Shown here piece after piece: positions 1 through 9,866 of a stretch of 53,834 nucleotides of DNA (position 1 is the first letter of the stretch; every line of letters starts with the position of its first letter). The notes beneath the pieces were generated by a model that searched no databases, was not told where the DNA came from, and was given only the letters and a program-made list of their open reading frames with translations. Source of the DNA: a virus (Duplodnaviria > Caudoviricetes); IMG/VR virus record IMGVR_UViG_3300030104_001062, positions 1 to 53,834 of that record; one strand, given 5' to 3'. The position numbers were made by a program, and so were the translations under genes.

Positions 1-100
1 ACGTTTTTACGATTTGAACAAGCAAACATAATTCTTGAATCAGGAGATATTTTTAAAGCACAGGCAAGTGCTGGAAATGATTTACATGTTTCACTATTCA
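1..100. repeat. Terminal direct repeat, left copy (assembly circularity)
   Basis: 1-100 is identical to 53735-53834 except position 99 (C vs T, synonymous TTC/TTT); it lies inside an ORF. Confidence 0.95.
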
Positions 101-132
101 TAGAAGAACACTATGATCCAAGTAGGTAATGA

Positions 133-2850
133 ATGGCTTTAGTTTTAGCTGACAGAGTAAAAGAAACAACCACAACAAGTGGAACAGGAACATATACTCT
201 TGCAGGATCTATTACTGGATTTCAATCTTTTGGAGATGGGGTTGGTAATGGAAATACAACATACTATACGTGTACAGATGGAAGTAGTTTTGAAATTGGT
301 ATAGGAACATACACTGCTTCAGGATCAACGCTTGCTCGTACAACTATACTTAAAAGCACCAATTCAAATAGTGCTGTTGATTGGGGAAGCACTACTAAAG
401 ATATATTTGTTACATACCCTGCTGATAAGGCAGTATTTAAAGATGCAAGTGGTAATTTAGCTGGACTTGGAACAGCTGCAGTATTGGATACTGGAATATC
501 AAATACTAACATTCCAAAATTTACGAGTGGTGTTGCTGACAATGATTTTCTTAAAGTTGATGGAACAACTATTGAAGGTCGTTCTGCAAGTGAAGTATTG
601 AGTGACATTGGGGGGCAAGCATCTTTAACGTTTGGAATTAGTGATACCAATGCAGTTAAAGTAGATAGTGGATCTGTAGCTGATGATGAGTACGCAAGAT
701 TTACAGCCAATGGGCTAGAAAGTCGAAGCACCTCCGAAGTTCTTTCAGATATTGGTGGACAAGCATCCTTGACATTTGGGATTAGTAACACCAATGCAGT
801 TAAAGTAGATAGTGCTTCAGTTGCAGACGATGAGTACGCAAGATTTACAGCTAGTGGGTTGGAGAGTAGGAGTACCTCTGAAGTATTAAGTGACATAGGT
901 GGACAAGCATCTTTGACATTTGGAATTAGTAACACCAATGCAGTTAAAATAGATAGTGCTTCAGTTGCAGACGATGAGTACGCAAGATTTACAGCCAATG
1001 GGCTAGAAAGTCGAAGCACTTCAGAAGTTCTTAGTGACATAGGTGGACAAGCATCTTTGACATTTGGAATTAGTAACACCAATGCAGTTAAAATAGATAG
1101 TGGATCTGTAGCTGATGATGAGTATGCTAGGTTTACATCTAATGGGTTAGAAAGTCGAAGCACTTCAGAAGTTCTTAGTGACATTGGTGGACAAGCATCT
1201 TTAACGTTTGGCATATCAAATACTAACGCTGTAAAAATAGATAGTGGATCTGTAGCTGATGATGAGTATGCTAGGTTTACTGCAGATGGACTAGAAAGCC
1301 GAAGCACCTCTGAAGTATTAAGTGATATTGGAGGACAAGCTTCTCTTACTTTTGGAATATCCAATACTAACGCTGTAAAAATAGACAGTGCTTCCGTTGC
1401 AGACGATGAGTATGCTAGGTTTACTGCAGATGGATTAGAAAGCAGAAGCACATCCGAAGTTCTTTCAGATATTGGTGGACAAGCATCCTTGACATTTGGG
1501 ATTAGTAATACTAATATTCCTATTTTTACAACAGGTGTTGTAGACGATGATTTTCTTAAAGTAGCAGGAACATCTATAGAGGGTCGTAGTGCATCAGAAG
1601 TTCTTAGTGATATTGGTGGACAAGCATCTTTAACATTTGGGATTAGTAATACTAACGCTGTGAAGATAGACAGTGCTTCAGTTGCAGACGATGAGTATGC
1701 TCGATTTACAGCTAACGGATTAGAAAGCAGAAGCACATCCGAAGTTCTTAGTGATATTGGTGGTCAGGCTGCACTTACATTTGGAAAGTCGGATACAAAT
1801 GCGTTAAAACTTGAAGAAGCTGTGTCAACAAATGACATACTATTAGCAGGTTCAAGTAATGTTAAAGGCAGAACATACGCTGAACTTAAATCAGATTTAT
1901 CGTTAAATAACGTAGAAAATACAGCAATTAGCACTTTTGCTGGATCATCAAATATTACTACTGTAGGAACTTTAGCACAAGATTTAACTATAGCTTCTAC
2001 TGATACTGGAGCAGGGGATGGTCCATCTTTAATCTTGTATAGAAATTCCTCAAGTCCAGATGATGCTGATGATATTGGACAAATATTTTTTAGAAGCAGA
2101 AATGATAATTCACAAGACGTAGAATATGCTAGAATAGGTGCAGAACATTTAGATGTTTCAGATGGAACTGAAGATGGAAAACTTGTTTTTCAAGTAATGC
2201 AAGGTGGTTCATTGCAAAGTAGAGTGGATTTTAGAGGTGGGCAAAACACAAGATTTTTTAATCAAGATGTTGAACTTAGTGATGGTGTTGACTTAATATT
2301 TGAAGGTGCGACAGGTAACGACTTTGAAACAACTTTAACTGTAACTGACCCAACAGCCGATAGAACCATAACGCTTCCTAATACAACTGGAACAGTTATG
2401 ACTTCTCTTTACGCTAGTTATTTTGACAGTTCTGGGGGTACAGATATTAACGATGGAGCAACCGTTGCTCTAAACCAAACAAGAATAGAAAGTGATGCTT
2501 CAGTATTTGGTCTTAGTTCTGGTGAAGTGACTGTTGACTTTGCAGGTAAGTTTATGATTACTTATGATTGTACTACAGTAATTGAATCAGGGGGAGGAAC
2601 TTCTAGAAGTGAAGTAAAGGTAGTGTTGCAAGAATACAATGGCTCTTCTTGGTCAGATATTGATGGAACAGTATCTTATACTTATAACAGAACCAATAAT
2701 ATTGGTGAAGCAACATGTACTTGTACAATAATTCATAGTGTAACGAGTGGTTATAAATATAAAATTCTTGCAGATAGAGAAAGTGGAACTTCTAATGTAA
2801 CTACTACACCTCATGGATCAAGGTTAACCTTTATGTTGGTAGGACTTTAA
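133..2850 (+). CDS. Tail fiber/spike protein with tandem 47-48 aa repeats
   Basis: N-terminus [20 protein letters not shown] typical of podovirus fiber anchors; S/T/G/D-rich; TADRTITLP motif. Confidence 0.8.
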   Translation: MALVLADRVKETTTTSGTGTYTLAGSITGFQSFGDGVGNGNTTYYTCTDGSSFEIGIGTYTASGSTLARTTILKSTNSNSAVDWGSTTKDIFVTYPADKAVFKDASGNLAGLGTAAVLDTGISNTNIPKFTSGVADNDFLKVDGTTIEGRSASEVLSDIGGQASLTFGISDTNAVKVDSGSVADDEYARFTANGLESRSTSEVLSDIGGQASLTFGISNTNAVKVDSASVADDEYARFTASGLESRSTSEVLSDIGGQASLTFGISNTNAVKIDSASVADDEYARFTANGLESRSTSEVLSDIGGQASLTFGISNTNAVKIDSGSVADDEYARFTSNGLESRSTSEVLSDIGGQASLTFGISNTNAVKIDSGSVADDEYARFTADGLESRSTSEVLSDIGGQASLTFGISNTNAVKIDSASVADDEYARFTADGLESRSTSEVLSDIGGQASLTFGISNTNIPIFTTGVVDDDFLKVAGTSIEGRSASEVLSDIGGQASLTFGISNTNAVKIDSASVADDEYARFTANGLESRSTSEVLSDIGGQAALTFGKSDTNALKLEEAVSTNDILLAGSSNVKGRTYAELKSDLSLNNVENTAISTFAGSSNITTVGTLAQDLTIASTDTGAGDGPSLILYRNSSSPDDADDIGQIFFRSRNDNSQDVEYARIGAEHLDVSDGTEDGKLVFQVMQGGSLQSRVDFRGGQNTRFFNQDVELSDGVDLIFEGATGNDFETTLTVTDPTADRTITLPNTTGTVMTSLYASYFDSSGGTDINDGATVALNQTRIESDASVFGLSSGEVTVDFAGKFMITYDCTTVIESGGGTSRSEVKVVLQEYNGSSWSDIDGTVSYTYNRTNNIGEATCTCTIIHSVTSGYKYKILADRESGTSNVTTTPHGSRLTFMLVGL
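493..1900 (+). repeat. Ten tandem 141/144-bp coding repeats (A-B6-A-B-C)
   Basis: Units start at 493, 634, 778, 922, 1066, 1210, 1354, 1498, 1639, 1783. Confidence 0.9.
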
Positions 2851-3341
2851 TGTTTGGACATTCACCTCTTTCTGAAGTTCCGTTTTCAACACCTGTTCGG
2901 TTTATTGTATTAGAGTTTAGAACTAGACGACTTAGTGCTAGATCAGGGTTTAAAAGATTTGATTCAGATGCACGACCAACACACCGACAAGTTGTATTTG
3001 TTGCACAAGAATTAGCAAGATTAGCAAAAGTAACAAGAGAAGCAGAAAAAAAAGTATACGTAGTACAAGAACATATACGAAAAGCATATGTTAGTAGGGA
3101 ACATAGCAGAGTTGCAACAGTGGCACAAGAACCTGCAAGAAAAGCAGGAGTAAGTTTAGATACACAAAATGCTGCAATACTTGTTCCACAGGATACACGT
3201 AGAGTTGCAATAGTTGCAAAAGAACAAAGAAGAATGTTGTTTATTGGAGAAGAAATACAAAGAAAAACTTTTGTTGCAAAAGAACCTGATAGAATTACAA
3301 AAGTATTTAAAGAAACCCCAAGAGTTGTAAAGGTAGCATAG
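2850..3341 (+). CDS. Hypothetical tail-associated protein with ~14-aa (V/I)xxExR repeats
   Basis: ORF coupled to neighbours; [14 protein letters not shown]-terminus. Confidence 0.6.
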   Translation: MFGHSPLSEVPFSTPVRFIVLEFRTRRLSARSGFKRFDSDARPTHRQVVFVAQELARLAKVTREAEKKVYVVQEHIRKAYVSREHSRVATVAQEPARKAGVSLDTQNAAILVPQDTRRVAIVAKEQRRMLFIGEEIQRKTFVAKEPDRITKVFKETPRVVKVA

Positions 3342-3342
3342 T

Positions 3343-3684
3343 ATGGCATTAAAATGGCCCGATAAAGACCCAGATGAAAGACTTGATTATACTGTTGATT
3401 GGTCAAGATATTTAGACACGTTAACAATATCAAGTGTTCAATGGACACACATTCAAGCAGACGGAACAGAATCTTCTGCGTTAAGTGCATCTAGCACAGT
3501 AAATGGAATGACAGTACAAGCCGTATCAAATACGACTACAACAGCTTCTATCGTTCTTAGTGGGGGAACAGTAAACACAGAAACAAAGTTTGTATGTCAA
3601 ATTACAACAAACACTAACTCAGCTACAGGTGCTGCTGTAGTTACCAAACGAGTAATTAACCTAACAGTTAGAGAGAGAGTCTAA
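3343..3684 (+). CDS. Putative fiber-tail adaptor protein
   Basis: KDPDERLDYTVDWS motif; lies between fiber and tail tube genes. Confidence 0.6.
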   Translation: MALKWPDKDPDERLDYTVDWSRYLDTLTISSVQWTHIQADGTESSALSASSTVNGMTVQAVSNTTTTASIVLSGGTVNTETKFVCQITTNTNSATGAAVVTKRVINLTVRERV

Positions 3685-4364
3685 TGGCATATAATTTTTT
3701 AGAACTTGTTAATGCAGTTGCACGAAGACTAAACGAAACAGAACTTACATCAAGTAACTTTGCCACAGCAACAGGATTTTATGCACAAATTAAAGATGCT
3801 GTAAATTCATCAATACGAGATTTAAATCTTCACCATGAATACTGGCCCTATAACCATAATTCAGAAAGTATTACATTAACAGCAGGAGTAACACGTTACC
3901 CCATTCCTGCTGATGCTAAATTTGTAGATTATAATAATTTTAGATTAGAAAGAGATACTAGCGTTGATATAGGTGCAGCTAGACGGTTAGAGCAAATTAC
4001 ATATAATGAATACATAGATACATATGTTGACCAAGAAAATGAAACAGATACATCAAAAGGTGCGGCAACAACTAACGTATTTAAAACGTTAGATAACTCT
4101 TTTGGGGTTGTGCCAATGCCTGATAAAGCGTATACTATAACATATGAGTATTTTAATTTTCCTGTAGATTTAAATTTATACACAGATGTTCCTAGTGTTC
4201 CAGAAAGATTTAAATTTGTAATTACAGATGGTGCTATGTACCACGCTTATATGTTTAGAGATAATATAGAAATGGGGCAACTCGCATTTAAAAAATTTGA
4301 AGATGGAATGAAATACATGCGTAAACTACTTGTTAATGAAAACGTTTATTTGAGAGCTACATAA
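3684..4364 (+). CDS. Tail tubular protein A-like head-tail adaptor
   Basis: MAYNFLELVNAVARRLNE N-terminus; size and position before the nozzle gene. Confidence 0.7.
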   Translation: MAYNFLELVNAVARRLNETELTSSNFATATGFYAQIKDAVNSSIRDLNLHHEYWPYNHNSESITLTAGVTRYPIPADAKFVDYNNFRLERDTSVDIGAARRLEQITYNEYIDTYVDQENETDTSKGAATTNVFKTLDNSFGVVPMPDKAYTITYEYFNFPVDLNLYTDVPSVPERFKFVITDGAMYHAYMFRDNIEMGQLAFKKFEDGMKYMRKLLVNENVYLRAT

Positions 4365-6190
4365 TGCCTGATCGTTGGCAAACATATCCATTAGAGTTTA
4401 AAGGGGGTCTAATAACTAATCTATCCCCTCTACAGCATGGAACGGCTGCTCCCGGATCAGCACGAACACTAACTAACTTTGAACCATCTATTGAGGGTGG
4501 GTATAGAAGAATTGAAGGGTTTTCAAAGTATAACAGTAACGCTGTTACAGGAACAAGTGGGAGTGACTTATTAGGGTTGGGTCGTTTTAGAGGAAGCACA
4601 ATAGTAGCTAGACCACAAGACTCTGGAGCACCACGATTGTACCTTGTAACAACGTCAGGGTCACATACAGATTTATCTACATCTGTTCAATTACATTCTA
4701 GTGCAAGTCGTGTAAGATTTGCAAACTTTAATTTTGATGGGGATGCAGATTTAATTATTGTAGATGGGTTTGGGTACCCTTGTGTATTAGTAGGGACAGC
4801 AGCAGGTAATTTAAGTAAGTTATCAACTCCTTCAGATATATCCGGGGCATCCCACGTTACAATATTTAAAAACTCTGTACTAATTGGAAATAATGATAAA
4901 TTAGTTTTTTCTGCTCCTTATTCAGCAACAGATTATACACCTGCAAATGGTGGTGGAGTAATTAATGTTGGAGATGACATTACTGCTTTACAGGTATTTA
5001 GAGAGCAGCTTATAATATTTTGTGAAAAAAGCATTTTTAGATTAACAGGATCTAGTTTTGCTGATTTTGCGTTGCAACCAATCGCTACTGGAGTGGGTTG
5101 CTTAAATGGAGATACAGTACAAGAAGTTGGTGGAGATATAGTTTTCTTATCTCAAGATAGTATTCGATCTTTATCTGCAACAGATAAGATAGGAGATTTT
5201 AATTTAGCTTCTGCATCAAAAACTATACAGGATGATTTTTCGGCTTTTATTCAAAACCACCAATTTTTTTCAAGTCTAGTTATCCCATCAAAAACACAAT
5301 ACAGAATATTTGGCTATTCAGCTAGTATTACAGAAGCTAACGCTCAAGGATTTATAGGTACTCAAGTTATAGGGCAAAGTGGTGTAGAATTTCATTGGGC
5401 AAAAACTAGGGGCATACAAGCAAGAGTTACTGCAGACTCTATTGATTCTGGAAAAGAAACTGCTGTATTTGGAAATAAAGATGGTTATATTTATAAAATG
5501 GAAGAAGGTAACGATTTTGATGGGGGTAACATAGAAGCTACTTTTGCAACTCCTTACTTTCCTTTAACTGATCCACGAACACGAAAAACAATCTACAAAG
5601 CAATATTATACACAGATCCTCAAGGATCATTTAGCACAGATTTTAATTTAAAGTTTGATCTTGCAGAAGCTGGAATTATACAACCTAGTACAATATCACT
5701 TTCTAATGCATCGTCATCAGGGGGAATTAGTTTGTATGGGTCAACAAGTGCAAGATATGCACATGGAGGATTACTTAACGGTGCTAAGTCTAGTGGTGAT
5801 AGTTCAGGAATAGCTGTAGACACTTTATCTTTTGGAGCAGGAGATGGGTTAATCGTAGGTGATCAATTTAAATTTGATAATAATAGTCAAGTTTATGAAA
5901 TAACAGCTATTAGTAGTGCTGTTTCTGGTAGTGCAGGTAGTGCAACAGCTACAGTAACAGTTAACCCTAATTTAGTTGAAGACGTAGCTAACAACCAACA
6001 TTTTAGTTTTGTAAAATTTGCAGGTGGCTTATCCTCAGTTTTTAGTGGAGATAGTCTTAAAAAAGTATTTGAAACACAAACAGTAGGATCAGGATTTTTA
6101 GTATCCATGTCTTTTTCGGCAGATTCAACTGATCCACCCTATTCTTTTGATGCAGCGTCAATTGAGTATGGTCAATATGGGAGAAGATAA
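4364..6190 (+). CDS. Tail tubular protein B / nozzle (beta-propeller)
   Basis: FKGGL, NFEPSIEGGYRRI and GDIVFLS motifs; synteny. Confidence 0.75.
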   Translation: MPDRWQTYPLEFKGGLITNLSPLQHGTAAPGSARTLTNFEPSIEGGYRRIEGFSKYNSNAVTGTSGSDLLGLGRFRGSTIVARPQDSGAPRLYLVTTSGSHTDLSTSVQLHSSASRVRFANFNFDGDADLIIVDGFGYPCVLVGTAAGNLSKLSTPSDISGASHVTIFKNSVLIGNNDKLVFSAPYSATDYTPANGGGVINVGDDITALQVFREQLIIFCEKSIFRLTGSSFADFALQPIATGVGCLNGDTVQEVGGDIVFLSQDSIRSLSATDKIGDFNLASASKTIQDDFSAFIQNHQFFSSLVIPSKTQYRIFGYSASITEANAQGFIGTQVIGQSGVEFHWAKTRGIQARVTADSIDSGKETAVFGNKDGYIYKMEEGNDFDGGNIEATFATPYFPLTDPRTRKTIYKAILYTDPQGSFSTDFNLKFDLAEAGIIQPSTISLSNASSSGGISLYGSTSARYAHGGLLNGAKSSGDSSGIAVDTLSFGAGDGLIVGDQFKFDNNSQVYEITAISSAVSGSAGSATATVTVNPNLVEDVANNQHFSFVKFAGGLSSVFSGDSLKKVFETQTVGSGFLVSMSFSADSTDPPYSFDAASIEYGQYGRR

Positions 6191-6192
6191 AA

Positions 6193-9100
6193 ATGGGAAG
6201 TGAATACACTAGAAATGACTCAGCTAATAATATAGCTGATGGAAACGTCATAAGTGCTGCCGATCTTGATGGAGAGTTTGAAAAACTGGTTACTGCGTTT
6301 ACAGCAGGAACTGGGCATAGCCACGATGGAACAACAGCAGAAGGTGGCTATATAACAAAACTATTGGGTACAGCTATTACAATTGGTGATGGTACAGCAG
6401 GTACAGATATAGCTGTTACATTTGATGGAGAAACAAATGATGGCACATTGACATGGATGGAAGACGAAGCACGTTTTGATTTTGCTAATAAAGTTAAAAT
6501 AGTAGATGCTACGGATGTAGATGTAGCTGATACTTCTGTAGGGTCTTTAGTTACAAATGGGGGGTTAGTTGTAACAAAAGATTTGCTTGTTGGAGATGAT
6601 ATATTTTTAGATTCAGATAGTTCTGTTGTAAAGTTTGGTGCTGATCAAGATATAACACTTACTCATGCAGCCGACACATCTTTAACGCTAGGTGGAGCAG
6701 GGAGTACAACTGGGTTAATAATTAATAATACAGCCACAGACGGTGATCCATTTTTAGCTTTTGCTTTGTCTGGAACACAGACATTTACTATGGGCATTGA
6801 AGATGGGGATAGTGATAAGTTTAAGATAGGCACAAGTGCAATAGGCACAAGCACCATACTTACCCTAACAAGCGATGACATGATTTTGGCTGACGATTTA
6901 AGTTTACAATCAGATGGAGCTATTCTTAATTTTGGTGCAGACGATGATATTTCAGTTACTCATACTGCTGACACATCTTTAACGTTAGGTGGAGCAGGGA
7001 GTACAACTGGGTTAATAATTAATAATACAGCCACAGACGGTGATCCCTTTTTAGCTTTTGCTTTGTCTGGAACACAGACATTTACTATGGGCATTGAAGA
7101 TGGGGATAGTGATAAGTTTAAAATAGGAACAACTGCAATAGGTACAGGCACGATACTTACTTTGACAGGAGATGATGTAATTTTAGCTGATGATCTAAGT
7201 TTACAATCAGATGGAGCTATTCTTAATTTTGGTGCAGACGATGATATTTCAGTTACTCATACTGCTGACACATCTTTAACAGTAGGTGGAGCAGGTAGCA
7301 CAACTGGGGTAATAATAAACAATACTGCTAGTGATGGTGATCCATTTTTAGCTTTTGCCTTGTCTGGAACACAAACATTTACTATGGGCGTAGAGGATGG
7401 AGACAGTGATAAGTTTAAAATAGGAACAACTGCAATAGGTACAAGCACCATACTTACCCTAACAGGCGATGACATGATTTTGGCTGACGATTTAAGTTTA
7501 CAATCAGATAGTGCCCTACTTAATTTTGGTGCAGATGACGATATAACTTTAACTCACACTGCTGATACATCTTTGACATTAGGTGGAGCAGGAGGAACAA
7601 CAGGGTTAATAGTTAATAATACTGCAGGGGATGGAGATCCTTTTTTAGCTTTTGCATTAAGTGGCACACAGACATTTACTATGGGTGTTGATGATGGAGA
7701 TAGTGATAAGTTTAAAATAGGAACAAGTGCAATAGGCACAAACACACGACTTACTATCGATTCAAGTGGAAACTCGGAATTTGGGGGGGATATTACAGCT
7801 AAAACAGGAGATGGTGCTATTCTAGCATTACAAACATCCCTTGATACTGTTATAGATGGATCTGTTTTAGGAACAATTCAATTTACAGCACCTGAAGAAG
7901 CTAGTGACACTGATTCTAGAGAAATTGCAGCTGAAATAGCTGCCGTAGCTGAAGAAGCTTTTTCAACAACATCAAATGCAACAGAACTAGTCTTTAAAAC
8001 AGGTGCATCTGAAGCCGCATCATCTAAAATGGTGTTGTCCAGTACAGGAATTTTATCTGTAAACGGTGGGGTTATTCCAACATCTGCTGACGGAGCAGCA
8101 TTAGGATCTGCAACTAAAGAATGGTCTGATCTTTATTTAGCTGATAGTGGAGTTATTTATTTTGGTGATGACCAAGATACAACTCTTACACACACTGATG
8201 GTACAGGACTAACTCTTAATAGTACAAATAAATTAAACTTTGGGGATACTGGAACTTTTATTAATCAAAGCACAGATGGACAGCTTGATATAGATGCTGA
8301 TACTGAATTAGAATTGACTGCACCTACAGTAGATATTGCAGCTTCAACTGCTGTTACTATAGCAACACCTTCATTAATTATTACAGATAACACAACTGAT
8401 GAACCTATTGTGCAAATTAAAAACACTCATAACGGCACAACAGCAGGTGAGTTACGATTTGTCATGGACAAAGGATCTGCAGGTGCTGATGGAGATGATC
8501 TTGGAACAATATCATTTTATGGAGATGACTCTGGTCAAAATCAAACAGCTTTTGCAAAAATAGTTGGTGAGGTATCAGAATCTGCTGACACAGATGAAGC
8601 AGGTAAACTTTCTTTTTTTGTTGCTGAAAGTGATGGCACAAATACAGCTTTAACAGCAGGTTTAGTTATCGAAGGTGAACACGCTACAGATGGTGAGGTT
8701 GATGTAACAATCGGTGCAGGTGCTGCATCAACAACAGCCGTTACAGGAAAATTAACTGTTGGAGGTACATCTACTTTTACTGGTGCTGTAACTGGCACTA
8801 CCATGACTCTTCTTACTACAACTACAGTTTCTTCTGCTTCACCACAAGCAAATGTAACTTTTGATTCGTCTTTAATTACTGATGACTATATGGATTACAA
8901 AATTGTATTTAGAAATGTTAGTTCAGTAACTGATGGTCAAGACCTTTATCTTCAGCCATCAATAGATAATGGTTCTAATTATAATCTTACAATCGAACAG
9001 TATAAATTCTACCACGATTTAATATCAGATGCTAGTGGGTCGGCAACAGCTCCTAATGATGAGAGTCGTTTTTATATAATGGCTTCACTTTCAAATACGG

Positions 9101-9348
9101 CAAACGAAGGGACTAATGGAGTTATTGAACTTGTGGGTTTAAGACAGACTACTACAAGTAATAAAGGAATATTTTGGAACGCAATGGGTGGTATTTCAAT
9201 ATGGAATAATCACAATGATGGTAATGAATATTGGTGGAATGGTGGTGGTAAAATAATAACTACAGGTGCAGTAAATAATTTAAAGTTAGTTTTGGAAAGT
9301 GGTAATATTAAACAAGGTACATTTTCACTATATGGGATAAAATTGTAA
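6193..9348 (+). CDS. Tail fiber protein with four 99-aa repeats
   Basis: ADLDGEF..GHSHDGT anchor; C-terminal GTFSLYGI domain; followed by a chaperone gene. Confidence 0.8.
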   Translation: MGSEYTRNDSANNIADGNVISAADLDGEFEKLVTAFTAGTGHSHDGTTAEGGYITKLLGTAITIGDGTAGTDIAVTFDGETNDGTLTWMEDEARFDFANKVKIVDATDVDVADTSVGSLVTNGGLVVTKDLLVGDDIFLDSDSSVVKFGADQDITLTHAADTSLTLGGAGSTTGLIINNTATDGDPFLAFALSGTQTFTMGIEDGDSDKFKIGTSAIGTSTILTLTSDDMILADDLSLQSDGAILNFGADDDISVTHTADTSLTLGGAGSTTGLIINNTATDGDPFLAFALSGTQTFTMGIEDGDSDKFKIGTTAIGTGTILTLTGDDVILADDLSLQSDGAILNFGADDDISVTHTADTSLTVGGAGSTTGVIINNTASDGDPFLAFALSGTQTFTMGVEDGDSDKFKIGTTAIGTSTILTLTGDDMILADDLSLQSDSALLNFGADDDITLTHTADTSLTLGGAGGTTGLIVNNTAGDGDPFLAFALSGTQTFTMGVDDGDSDKFKIGTSAIGTNTRLTIDSSGNSEFGGDITAKTGDGAILALQTSLDTVIDGSVLGTIQFTAPEEASDTDSREIAAEIAAVAEEAFSTTSNATELVFKTGASEAASSKMVLSSTGILSVNGGVIPTSADGAALGSATKEWSDLYLADSGVIYFGDDQDTTLTHTDGTGLTLNSTNKLNFGDTGTFINQSTDGQLDIDADTELELTAPTVDIAASTAVTIATPSLIITDNTTDEPIVQIKNTHNGTTAGELRFVMDKGSAGADGDDLGTISFYGDDSGQNQTAFAKIVGEVSESADTDEAGKLSFFVAESDGTNTALTAGLVIEGEHATDGEVDVTIGAGAASTTAVTGKLTVGGTSTFTGAVTGTTMTLLTTTTVSSASPQANVTFDSSLITDDYMDYKIVFRNVSSVTDGQDLYLQPSIDNGSNYNLTIEQYKFYHDLISDASGSATAPNDESRFYIMASLSNTANEGTNGVIELVGLRQTTTSNKGIFWNAMGGISIWNNHNDGNEYWWNGGGKIITTGAVNNLKLVLESGNIKQGTFSLYGIKL
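6595..7780 (+). repeat. Four tandem 297-bp coding repeats
   Basis: GDPFLAFALSGTQTFTMG recurs with a 297-bp period. Confidence 0.9.
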
Positions 9349-9632
9349 TGAAAAAAAATGTTAATGGTGTTGAAATTGAAATGACTGCTGAAGAAATAGC
9401 AGTAAGACAAGCTGAAGAAAAAGCAAGTCAAGCAAAACAACCAGAGAAAAGAATGGCTTGGTTAAGACACATAAGAAATAATTTGTTAAAAGAAACAGAT
9501 TGGATGGGTAATTCTGATGTTACCATGAGTAATGATTGGAAGGTATACAGACAAGCGTTGCGAGACATTACTAAAACAGAGCCAGTAGATATGGCTTTGA
9601 GTAATATAACTTTTCCAACAAAACCAAGTTAA
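9348..9632 (+). CDS. Tail fiber assembly chaperone
   Basis: RNNLLKETDW...WKVYRQALRDIT signature directly after the fiber gene. Confidence 0.8.
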   Translation: MKKNVNGVEIEMTAEEIAVRQAEEKASQAKQPEKRMAWLRHIRNNLLKETDWMGNSDVTMSNDWKVYRQALRDITKTEPVDMALSNITFPTKPS

Positions 9633-9634
9633 TT

Positions 9635-9865
9635 ATGGAAATAAACCCAATACTATTCTGGAATGGAATACTTACAGTAGTTATAGCACCTGCTATATGG
9701 GTATTTCGTGGCATGTTTATGGAAGTAAAACGATTGGATATACTTCTTAATAAAACACGAGAAGAGTATGCCAAGCGTGATGATGTTAAAGAAGATATGC
9801 ATACAGTAATGGATGCACTAAAAAGACTAGAAGATAAATTAGACAAGATACTGATTGGTAAATGA
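9635..9865 (+). CDS. Small membrane-anchored coiled-coil protein
   Basis: N-terminal TM helix followed by heptads (LKRLEDKLDKI). Confidence 0.7.
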   Translation: MEINPILFWNGILTVVIAPAIWVFRGMFMEVKRLDILLNKTREEYAKRDDVKEDMHTVMDALKRLEDKLDKILIGK

Positions 9866-9866
9866 T

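Noticed and set aside
1-100. Terminal repeat as the biological DTR
   Set aside because: Exactly 100 bp and inside a coding sequence; best explained as assembly overlap
264-1736. 490-aa minus-strand ORF
   Set aside because: Antisense shadow of the tail-fiber repeats; a stop-free unit is simply repeated
493-1900. Regular repeats as a CRISPR array or DGR template
   Set aside because: In-frame coding repeats with synonymous variation; no unique spacers, cas genes or reverse transcriptase
6663-8804. Short minus-strand ORFs in the fiber gene, and similar antisense ORFs elsewhere
   Set aside because: Nested antisense to well-supported genes, without RBS or motifs
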